DNA of 64,000 nucleotides from Macrostomum lignano (taxonomy: Eukaryota). The translations under genes were made by a program, and so were the position numbers. Shown here in pieces: positions 31,401 through 41,608 of this stretch (within the stretch, counting starts at the first letter, position 1; every line of letters begins with the position of its first letter). The DNA lies in the NCBI GenBank assembly GCA_002269645.1, contig NIVC01002096.1, positions 20,684 through 84,683 of the forward strand, written 5' to 3'. The notes beneath the pieces are model-generated. The model had not been told where the DNA came from, searched no databases, and worked only from the letters and a program-made list of their open reading frames with translations.

Positions 31401-32713
31401 CTGACTAGTTAATCTCAGAGCTCGTTGAGTCTCCGGATCTGACTGCATCAAGGCTAATTCTTCGCCTTCAAGCTGAGGCGGAGGATCTTCGCAGGACTGA
31501 ATATGAGCGCCGAGAACTTCGAGAGCAGCCTCTGCGCTAGCGGCGCCAGCCCGACTCAAGCAATTCCTAACCGACGGAATCAAGTGCTCAAATCGGCAAT
31601 CGTCTTTAAAACAGTCTAGCGCTTCCATCAGCACCAGGAGGACTTCTTTGGCGCTGCCAATTTTTGATACCCGATCTCTGAGCACAGTTGAGCATAGGAC
31701 AAATAATACAGGCTGATTCTCAAGATTCCCCTGAGTCAGATAGAGCGACAGGCATCGGGCAATGTCCCATGCTTCTATAGCCAAGGCTTCATCTGTGGCT
31801 GAGTCCAGACATCTGCGCAGCCTCTGTTCGTCATCTGCAGCTAGGCTCTGCTCAACTTCCGCTGTTAGCGGCAGCTGCGGTTTGGGCGCTTCGGGATCCA
31901 GCAATTCAGATTAGTTTTGATGTTATGGCGGATGGGACCTTTTTGAACGTCTGATTATGAGGATTCATAACTATACGAGCGTACAAAAGTTTATAACATA
32001 CCCTGCTAAGCCTGCATATCTGGACAGTCTCATCTGCCTATCTTCTCTACAATTCTACCGGACAATATCTACTCTACAGTTCTACCGGACAATATCTACT
32101 CTACAGTTCTACCGGACAATATATACTCTACAGTTCTACCGGACAATATCTACTCTACAGTTCTACCGGACAATATCTACTCTACAGTTCTACCGGACAA
32201 TATCTACTCTACAGTTCTACCGGACAATATCTACTCTACAGTTCTACCGGACAATATCTACTCTACAGTTCTACTGGACAATATATACTCTACAGTTCTA
32301 CCGGACAATATCTACTCTACAGTTCTACCGGACAATATATACTCTACAGTTCTACCGGACAATATCTACTCTACAGTTCTACCGGACAATATCTACTCTA
32401 CAGTTCTACTGGACAATATATACTCTACAGTTCTACCGGACAATATTTACTCTACAGTTCTACCGGACAATATCTACTCTACAGTTCTACCGGACAATAT
32501 ATACTCTACAGTTCTACTGGACAATATATACTCTACAGTTCTACCGGACAATATTTACTCTACAGTTCTACCGGACAATATCTACTCTACAGTTCTACCG
32601 GGCAATATATACTCTACAGTTCTACCGGACAATATTTACTCTACAGTTCTACCGGACAATATCTACTCTACAGTTCTACCGGGCAATATATACTCTACAG
32701 TTCTACCAGCCAT
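28464..32713 (-). CDS. GLMN: glomulin (GLMN / FKBP-associated protein, YAP-binding/ALF4/glomulin family), about 600 aa
   Basis: Exons (minus): 32713-32707 (ATG GCT G, hypothetical), 31861-31065, 29840-29187, 28808-28464; phases consistent. Family-like segments recognised from memory: AWDIARCL, KIGSAKEVLLVLMEAL, DHPSCRGFFISRLKDQI, DMLEEGEALLAGLNLLKFL..RD..N.T, SISVGGVPLPPM..KRQVM..AL..LEL. The first micro-exon is inferred. Confidence 0.85.
28831..29157 (+). repeat. degenerate 45-bp-period repeat with conserved core TCGATACATATCGG, in the last glomulin intron
   Basis: Cores at about 28831, 28876, 28920, 28965, 29010, 29056, 29101, 29143. Confidence 0.85.
29948..31035 (+). repeat. 30-bp minisatellite (CCTGATAGATGGGATATAATCCCACACACA) in a glomulin intron
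   Basis: Near-perfect on the left, degenerate on the right; explains the CVWDYIPSIR ORFs. Confidence 0.96.
32040..32708 (+). repeat. 27-bp minisatellite (CTACAGTTCTACCGGACAATATCTACT)
   Basis: About 24 copies; explains the TLQFYRTIS ORF. Confidence 0.97.
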
Positions 32714-33184
32714 GGTAAGGATAATGATACTTGATAAAGATAATAAAAGCAAAAATCTGAAATTCAAGCACACCTGCACACCTATGAGTCACGGAGACTC
32801 TAAGCAACTTCAAGTAGCTTGTAAAGTTTTGTTATTTAACACAATGTGCTTCATCGCAAGCATTAAAAGATCAACGCGTTCTTTCTTGCAATCATAATTA
32901 AAGATGGTACATAACGAGCGACAAATGTTGAAACGCACAAGAAAATTGGAAGTGCAAACATTAGCAGAGCTATTTAATTGCGAATTACACTAACATAATT
33001 AAGATTTAATGCAAAACCAATATCAGGGCGAACTAATTTTCGCTCATGGACCACTGAGAAACCTCAGATTTTATCTCAATTTCAAGTTGCACGGCTTTAA
33101 AGTTTCCAGAGTGCAAGGCAACATACACAAGTCCATTAACAAAATCAAGCTTCAGTCGAGTTCACATAAAAATGATTAGTAGAA

Positions 33185-34213
33185 TCACTGGAACACCTGG
33201 TCAGTAGGATCATCAATATAAGCCGGCAGATCCGAATGCAGCCGCTGTCTCATCTTGGCCTGCAGCTTGCTAACATACTTAGAACTGTTGTTAGCCCGCA
33301 GTCTAGGCGGCGGCACATAAGCCGGATTGTCGAACAGGCAAGGACCAGTGAAGCTACCGGACCAGATTCGAATTGGTCGAAGAACGCAACGAGGCCCGAT
33401 CTCGGCCATGTCGCCAGTTTCATTCACGATCTGATAATTTCTAAGCCAGATTCGACCGTCTAGCCAAGCTAATAGCATCACGTGATCAACGAATGGTTTG
33501 CTACGCGGATGAGACCGCGGCACGTTGAATACCTGGGTGAACAGTTCTTTAACTAGGCGAAGCTGAGCATTCGATTCGAAAGCCGAATCAAAAGCGACGA
33601 TGTGTCGGGAGCCTTTCAGACAGTTGCCAGTTAGCTTCAGTTCGCTCATAGTGTGAACATTTTCAACTAGAAACTTCACGCTTGGCCCAGTGCCAACCCG
33701 GCTAATCCACATGTACAGATCCTGCTTCCGCCTGGTTTCCACGTACATCACGTGACTAGCATTGCGCATCTCGGCAATTTCGTTCAACAAAATTAACTGA
33801 TCTTTGCCAGCAAACTTGGAATCGGATTTCGCCTGAGGCAGTAGGGCTTGAAAATCTTTCAACAGATGCCGGCCAAGATAGGAGACGCCGCGTGAAGCTA
33901 CTGTAAGTAGCCTCTGCCGGTTGGTCCATTCTGATTTTTTAACAGCGTCGCCACCGCTGCGCACTTTTGGAGGCAGCACGCCTGGCTGCTTGAGCGGATT
34001 CTCAATGTGTCGGGTGGCCTGAGACTGTTTAGCTTTTTTTCCCGGCTTCAAGTTCATTGTCTGTTTCTTCTTTGATTTTGCTTGCACCTTGTCTGGCATA
34101 ATCTGCTTTGGTGGCAACTTTTTCTCTACAGACACATTAGCACTTGCAGTTTTCTGCTTCTTGGCCACTGGTTGGCCATTGGCAGAAGCTCCGAGCTGTT
34201 GCTTTGATCGCTT
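33185..34213 (-). CDS. BRIX1: ribosome biogenesis protein BRX1 (Brix domain)
   Basis: Motifs WTNRQRLLTVASRG, RKQDLYMWIS..GPSVKFLVENVHTMSELKLTGNCLKGSR, HPRSKPFVDHV, RIWLRNYQI, EIGPRCVL, GSFTGPCLFDNP, DPTDQVF match BRX1. The ORF stays open up to a strong acceptor (CTTCTTTTTGCTTTCAG) ending at 34214; the initiator Met is not in this exon. Confidence 0.95.
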   Translation of the reverse strand, partial: KRSKQQLGASANGQPVAKKQKTASANVSVEKKLPPKQIMPDKVQAKSKKKQTMNLKPGKKAKQSQATRHIENPLKQPGVLPPKVRSGGDAVKKSEWTNRQRLLTVASRGVSYLGRHLLKDFQALLPQAKSDSKFAGKDQLILLNEIAEMRNASHVMYVETRRKQDLYMWISRVGTGPSVKFLVENVHTMSELKLTGNCLKGSRHIVAFDSAFESNAQLRLVKELFTQVFNVPRSHPRSKPFVDHVMLLAWLDGRIWLRNYQIVNETGDMAEIGPRCVLRPIRIWSGSFTGPCLFDNPAYVPPPRLRANNSSKYVSKLQAKMRQRLHSDLPAYIDDPTDQVFQ

Positions 34214-37139
34214 CTGAAAGCAAAAAGAAGCCAGTTTAAAGTATATTCCACGGTTAAATATGAGCTTTTAAATGCCATCAAATTACTAGAATTTGAGCAC
34301 CTTTTCAGGGACAGAAAGAATGCCCATTGTCAATACTTGATTTTGTTAATTGAAAGCAAACTAGGTAAGAACACTTATAGTTCATAACTGATAAGACTTG
34401 TGATGGTACTAAATTAAATAGCTTGTAAAAGTCTTATACATTTTTAAAGACAATACAGAATGTCTTAAACTAAACAAAACTACATATTGCACTTTGGGCA
34501 TATTTATTTTATATATGATATACCAAAACTAATAAGAACTATCATGTAGTGTCATTTTAACCAACTATTATTCAAGTTATTTTGAATATTACTAACATTT
34601 ATTAGAATGGCAAATCACTTTTGCCATTTCTATGAATAAGATCTTAATGAAAAGCTAAAAGTGCTTAATGACCACATATTTAAACTTTTGCTAATCAACT
34701 TTGTTTGCAATGCTCTTGCTTATCTTTATATTTGTGCCACTTTTAATCAATGCACCATATGGTTGCCTATATATACCCAACACCCATCCAACTTATCTAA
34801 ACTGGATGGGTGAAATAGCTGTTAGCCAAGGTAAGTTGCAAAATTGAAAATGCGAAAAATGAAAAATTGGGAAAGGAAAAAAAGGAGAGGAAGAGAAAAG
34901 GAAAAGAAAGGAGGGAGAAAAGAGAGAGGAAAAAAGGAGAGAAAGAAAAAGAGAAAAAAAGAAAAAGGCAAGAAAAGTCATATACAAAGTTAAAATTAAG
35001 TCACAATTAGGGGAACTAAGTTGCTATCAAGAGGAACTAAGTTGCAAATCTAGACAAAACTAAATTGCATTGGACGGGTAAAATTTTGAGGTTGGGCATA
35101 TATGTGGTTGCCCATTTTATAGGTTAGAAAGTAGGTATATTTTAAACCTTATTTGTATTTCATACTACCATTGCTCTTTCCCAAAGAGATACCTATTACT
35201 TTGAGTTCCTTGAGAATAATCAAAAAAGGTATAAGACTAAGACGGCTACATACCAAGATGGCCACAATATTGCATGTCTATTATATCCACTCTTCATTTA
35301 ATATTAATTAGAAATATAATATCTATTGTTATATTATTTTTATATAACATGTTTAATCAATCATATTTATAAATAGTAAAACAATAATGGATTTGAAAAT
35401 AATTACCTCTTATACAAAAACTTTAATCTTTTTTAGTGTTTATGCCAATTTAGGCTTATTCTTTATCATTATATACATCTGATCTATCGCTATTATTAGT
35501 TTATCAAGAAACCATTGCTAGTAGTAATGCTATATAAAAATGAGATTAATATGCTACAAGGTTTTTATTTTGTACTAGGCTATATACTTGTTTTATTTAG
35601 TAGTAGGCCTAGATAAATATCCATAGGTTAGGTTATAATAAAAGCTGAAGCCAAAAGGAATTATTATTATATAATATAGATATATTATAGTATCTATCTC
35701 CTTAGGCCTAAGACTTAACGATCTATACCTAATATAAATTATTATCAATAAGAAATAAGTGAAATATAAAGATCTAGGCTAGGATTAGGCTATCATTATT
35801 GATTTAGATGTTTAAAGCTATGGCCATCTTAGTGTGTGGCCATCTTGGTCATGTGCCATCAAAATAACATATAGCAAAACATAAAATATGCTGACAATGA
35901 CTAAACAATTGTCCCCCAATTGATTTCGGATTTCTAAAACAACTAAACATATATCAAAGCAGAAACTAGGCCCATAACATTGTTCATATGCTCTACTATG
36001 TGTTCAGCTGTTTTAGAATTTAAAAGCAACTATGAGAAAAATATAGAATGAGAAGTTTGACACAGATTGCTTTTTCCACTTTTTTTCTATATGTTAGGTC
36101 TATAGGCCCTAGTTCAAAAGTTACAAGTGCTTAAAGTTCAAAAACATGATGGGACCCAATTGTAGAACGACCCGAAGGCATAACTATAAGAATACATTAT
36201 TTTTTATTAAAAATATTATGCCTAGCTTGACTCATTGACTAGCCTAGGTTTAGGCTAAGGGCCTAGGGTGTAGGTCTCATAGGCCTATCAGGTCTTGGTC
36301 AGGGCAAAGGCTAGACTTAGAGTTCTAGTTCTGGCATTGGAACCCATTTTTAATGGCTTTGGATCTAGCAATGGTATTCCTGTAGTGCAGTTTATGGGTA
36401 TAATATAGCAGAAACATTTTAATTTTTTGACAGGTGGTTTATATTGAGATTTTGTTCAAAATAGGGCCTGAGATCAAAACAAAATGATGAGATTCAAAAG
36501 AAGATACTTCTAATGTTCAAAGATGTCATTAGTATTAGTAGATAACTGCCTGCAGAAGACTGCCCGATCCATAGCTATTAGAAAATGGGTTGCAGTGCTG
36601 GAACTCTAGCCATTGCTCTTGGTCAGTGGGTTAGGGCACCATTAGGCCACAAGCCACATATTGTATTGTAGTGTAGGTCTAAATAAAAAAAGTATATAAT
36701 TATAGCATTGTACACCACACCAGTTGCGTAATTTTTGCCCATGTGACCTATAGTCAAGTCAGTAACTTCAGTGTTTTTTACCTTCAAGTTTCAGTTTAGA
36801 TCAACATCCATAAATGAAAATGGGCGAGAGTGGAGTGAATGACCGGATTTTCGGTTCTCGGTTCAGTTCCGAAATTTAAATTAATTCACTCCGGATTGCC
36901 TCTAAATAGTTAGTGTATAAACAAAGTAAAAACATTTCTGCTCCAATTTCACTTAAACATCAAATAAAAAAGCATTGCCATTGCAATAAATATTTAAATT
37001 ATATTTTTTTATGATAGTTTTACATTTTATTGTACTTTTTTCGTCAGTCATTTTAGCGCGCATATGAAACTTATCCACACGAAATTCAAAAGCACATTGC
37101 TTTCGAAGTGCTTTGAATGAGAATACACTAAGGCAAAGG

Positions 37140-37320
37140 CAGTGGCGCAACCAGGTGGGGGCGGGGGGCAGTCGCCCCCCTCTTATAGGCGCGGAGACCC
37201 AAAAAATCAAAGGGGGACCAAGCGAATTTTCGCCAAAACAGAGCCACCCCGTCCGCCCCACCTCCCGGGACTTTACCCTCCAGAATCCGCCCCCTCATAA
37301 AATTTCTGGTTGCACTACTG
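37140..37320. mobile_element. possible small MITE (hAT-like CAGT ends) nested in the TIR element
   Basis: CAGTGGCGCAACCAG at 37140 and CTGGTTGCACTACTG ending 37320 (13/15 inverted match) around a GC-rich core in AT-rich DNA; no clean TSD. Confidence 0.5.
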
Positions 37321-37790
37321 AACGAAAGTTTCCTTACACACCCTCTCTTCAATATAAATTTATAATTATATTATATTTTAATATAAAATTATAATATTAA
37401 TTACACATTATAATTATAATTATAATTTTAATTTTACTTACATGTATATATAATTATATAATTTAAAAAGATATTTAATTTATCTGCACTTTCTTTGAAA
37501 ATTTAACCTCATAAAAATAAAATATAAGCATTAAAAGTCATGCTTAAATGTCTTTTGCTGAGCAAAACTGTCACTCTATAATGATGGTATTAAATATTTA
37601 CGCGTAGATGAACTTTGTTTTAGTTTTTAGTTACTCTTAAGACTATAAAAAAATTACCTGGGACTACATGAAGTATAACTTGTTTCAACTAATTGTTTTA
37701 CTTAAATGAATAAAAAATATATACACAGTAAAAGTTAATAGCTCATAACAGCAACAACTTAACAACAAATTATGCAGCTAGCAATCAAAG

Positions 37791-38745
37791 TCACAGAGCA
37801 GGGTGCTTCAGATGGCGCGCCGCAGAGCCTGAGAGCGGAGGAAGTCCGCCCCGTTGGCAGTGTCGGGCGCCCTGGCGTCGCGTACGTAGGAGGCAGTCCA
37901 CGTATCGACGGGTTTGGGCCTGACCCCGCCTGAGCGGGCCCTGCAGAGTGAGCAACAGGGCTAGGACGTCCTGAACAGGTTGGGGGCAGTAGCCCTCGGC
38001 CCGGATCACGTACGTGGCCCGCCAGTTGAAGTCGCCGCCGGCGCAGGATGGTGGACGGGCGCTGCAGCTTGGCCCGATCGTACAGGGCCTCAGTCCCGAC
38101 GCTCTCATCAGCTCGAAAGGTCGCACGGAGCAGCCCTGAATGCGCCGAGTCCAGCTGCCGCTCTAAGCGTAGCCGTCAGTGTCCACGTCTCGGCGTTGTA
38201 GAGCACACCGCCTGCCACAGCCGACGAGCCCTCTGGCGGTCGGGCAGCGCTTCGGACTGGACGTCGGCTCGGATCGAACGGAAGGCCGCCCAGGCAAGTC
38301 CTCGGCGCCGCCGGATCGAGGTCCGTCCACGTGAGGCACCAGACCGCCGAGTAGGTGATCCCGCTGGTAGCGTGCGCGCGAGCGTGGTCATCTGCCCGTC
38401 TGCGAGGCGACATGTCAGGTCCGCTAGCGCTGGGATGTCGGCCGGCACAGTCAGCACCTAGGTCTTTAGCGTGTTGACAACCAGTCCGACGCTCAATGCC
38501 ACCTTGACCAACCTGTCGATCTGGCGGGATGCCACCTTGAACGGACGAGGACAGGAGGGCGAGTTCGTCGGCGTAGCCAAGCAAATAATAATAAGGCGCT
38601 TTTCACCGTGGCGGCGACCGATGCGTCTGCGCAGCGCAGGAAGCCGTCGTTAGCCGAGGAGACTGCGGTCCGAAGCACCCAGTGGCAGCAGCACGAAGAG
38701 AAACGGCGCCAAAGTGTCGCCATGCAGAACTCCTGATGAAGTGTC
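37791..38745 (-). mobile_element. 5'-truncated, frameshifted non-LTR retrotransposon (LINE) RT and C-terminal region, RTE-like
   Basis: Across shifting frames: SGVLHGDTLAPFLFV, LGYADELALLSSSV (degenerate YADD), RRGLAWAAF, VLYNAETWTLT, RRRLQLAGHVIR. Multiple indels and a stop; clade assignment is tentative. Confidence 0.88.
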
Positions 38746-39339
38746 GAACTGATGATGATTTACATGTATGTAATCGCCCTACTAGTGAACCGTCTTCTCA
38801 TGGGGGAAGGATCAGATCGTATGACTATGGATGGCTGCCAGCCGTCTATGACCAGACTATGACCGACAGATCGCCCTTCAGGTTGTCCCGCCCATGCATA
38901 TTGATAACTTTTTGGTAGTGCTATATTAGAGACGCGGTAAGGACCCAAATGTGCCCCATCGATAGCTAAGGTGCAAATATTGATCATTGGGTTATTGCAT
39001 GACCCACTGGCTGCCACCACTCTGTGACCTGGCGAACCTGGATCTACGGTATGACCAGACCTGGCGAGGCCGGAGCCCCCGCCTGGGATGGGTATCAAAG
39101 GGTTGGAGCTAGCGGTGAGCAGCATGCAGCCGAATAGCTGATAGGAATCTGCTTGGGCACAAATCGAGAACTCCGGGATCATACAGACGGATTTTTATCA
39201 GGGGATCTTTTAAGGCTGTGATGACATACAGTTCAGATTGCAAAAAGTACATGTAGTGTATAGAGAACACGTAGAACAGCTATACGTGTACATCTAGTTT
39301 GGATTGATCAATGGGTTCGGGCCTGGCTCCTCATATGAA

Positions 39340-39600
39340 AGGTTTTTTTCTCCACGGAGCACCAGACCGCTGATGTGATGAACCACTGCTGGCAGCGTGC
39401 GTCTGCGTCGTGGCATGTCAGGTCCGCTGATACGTCAGCAGACACAGTCAGCATCTCGGTCTTCAATATGCTGTCAACGCTTGAACCCACCTCTTTCTGT
39501 GCTTTCAACAGACGAGAAAAAGAGGCTGAGGTCGCCAGCGTTGCCAAACAAGCTCAGGTGTTTTTTGCCGCTGTGGCGAACGATGCGTCTCCACAACAGA
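39340..39600 (-). mobile_element. second, more degenerate fragment of the same LINE family
   Basis: GNAGDLSLFFSSVES resembles GYADELALLSSSVQ, and LKTEMLTVSADVSADLTC resembles KT*VLTVPADIPALADLTC; GCGGACCTGACATG is shared at DNA level. Confidence 0.7.
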
Positions 39601-39623
39601 TAAAAAAGCAGGAAGAAATCTCT

Positions 39624-41148
39624 CCATTTCAGCATTCGAGGTGTGCCACGAAGCTCACAGATGTTCAATTGAAAAGATATTTTTGGTGTAAAGTCTACTC
39701 AGATGTTATATTGCAAAAATGCTTTTAGTTTAATTTTAAAAAGATTTTCCTTGCTGTAGTATGCATTTGATTTTTTTGTACAGTCACCATCTCGGTCGTA
39801 GATTCTAAAGAAAATTCACTCCATTTCAGCATTCGAGGTGTGCCACGAAGCTCACAGATGTTCAATTGAAAAGATATTTTTGGTGTAAAGTCTACTCAGA
39901 TGTTATATTGCAAAAATGCCTTTAGTTTAATTTTAAAAAGATTTTCCTTGCTGTAGTATGCATTTGATTTTTTTGTACAGTCACCATCTACGTCGTAAAT
40001 TCTAAAGAAAATTCACTCCGTTTCAGCATTCGAGGTGTGCCACGAAGCTCACAGATGTTCAATTGAAAAGATATTTTTGGTGTAAAGTCTACTCAGATGT
40101 TATATTGCAAAAAAGCTATTAGTTTAATTTTAAAAAGATTTTCCTTACTGTAGTATGCATTTGATTTTTTTGTACAGTCACCATCTACGTCGTAAATTCT
40201 AAAGAAAATTCACTCCATTTCAGCATTCGAGGTGTGCCACGAAGCTCACAGATGTTCAATTGAAAAGATATTTTTTGTGTAAGGTCTACTCAGATGTTAT
40301 ATTGCAAAAATGCTTTTAGTTTAATTTTAAAAAGATTTTCCTTGCTGTAGTATGCATTTGATTTTTTTGTACAGTCACCATCTACGTCGTAAATTCTAAA
40401 GAAAATTCACTCCATTTCAGCATTCGAGGTGTGCCACGAAGCTCACAGATGTTCAATTGAAAAGATATTTTTGGTGTAAAGTCTACTCAGATGTTATATT
40501 GCAAAAATGCTATTAGTTTAATTTTAAAAAGATTTTCCTTGCTGTAGTATGCATTTGATTTTTTTGTACAGTCACCATCTACGTCGTAAATTCTAAAGAA
40601 AATTCACTCCATTTCAGCATTCGAGGTGTGCCACGAAGCTCACAGATGTTCAATTGAAAAGATATTTTTGGTGTAAAGTCTACTCAGATGTTATATTGCA
40701 AAAATGCCTTTAGTTTAATTTTAAAAAGATTTTCCTTGCTGTAGTATGCATTTGATTTTTTTGTACAGTCACCATCTACGTCGTAAATTCTAAAGAAAAT
40801 TCACTCCATTTCAGCATTCGAGGTGTGCCACGAAGCTCACAGATGTTCAATTGAAAAGATATTTTTGTGTAAGGTCTACTCAGATGTTATATTGCAAAAA
40901 TGCTTTTAGTTTAATTTTAAAAAGATTTTCCTTGCTGTAGTATGCATTTGATTTTTTTGTACAGTCACCATCTACGTCGTAAATTCTAAAGAAAATTCAC
41001 TCCATTTCAGCATTCGAGGTGTGCCACGAAGCTCACAGATGTTCAATTGAAAAGATATTTTTTGTGTAAGGTCTACTCAGATGTTATATTGCAAAAATGC
41101 TATTAGTTTAATTTTAAAAAGATTTTCCTTACTGTAGTATGCATTTGC
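39624..41148 (+). repeat. 197-bp tandem satellite, about 7.7 copies
   Basis: Unit starts at 39624, 39821, 40018, 40215, 40412, 40609, 40806, 41002; copies nearly identical. Confidence 0.97.
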
Positions 41149-41608
41149 TTTTTTGTTTATTTATTTTCGTGGAACTGAACGTGGAACTGAAAATCCGGTC
41201 ATGTGGAGTGATCTATCCAGAGTGTCGCGTTGGAGTTGGCGCGCGAGGATTTGAGTTAGAAAACAGTAATTTTTAAAAAAGAATTTGGATCCAAATTAAA
41301 GCAGATAAAAAACATTTCCTTTAATTTTTTTGAAAATTCTTTAACTTTCATTGCTTTTTAGCATTTGCTTTTTTATACAATTTTGTTATTTTTAAAGAAT
41401 TAAAACTAGTTTTTAAAACTAGTCAACGAAAAAATATTGTATTGCATGACGACGAGTGTATAGTATAGTGTTGTTCGGTAGCCGCTAGAGAGCTAGTTGA
41501 GTTTAGAGCCTTAGAAAGAAATCGTTGTAAATTTGCAGGCTAAAATTACAGTGAATTTTTTTCTGATCAAGTCCTTAAAAATTAAAGTAGTTAATAATTT
41601 GTATTGTC

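Larger units (their letters stand above)
36839..41202. mobile_element. 4364-bp non-autonomous DNA transposon with 32-bp TIRs and 9-bp TSD (MULE/Mutator- or Merlin-like)
   Basis: Left TIR 36839-36870 ATGACCGGATTTTCGGTTCTCGGTTCAGTTCC matches the reverse complement of 41171-41202 at 28/32 positions. GTGGAGTGA is directly repeated at 36830-36838 and 41203-41211. No transposase found; the superfamily is inferred from TSD length only. Confidence 0.85.

Noticed and set aside
34757-35120. Possible inverted-repeat element around a purine-rich tract
   Set aside because: Only a short partial match (GTTGGG.ATATAT) and no TSD.
38760-39182. 140-aa ORF as the transposase of the TIR element
   Set aside because: No DDE or MULE motifs recognised in any frame I read.
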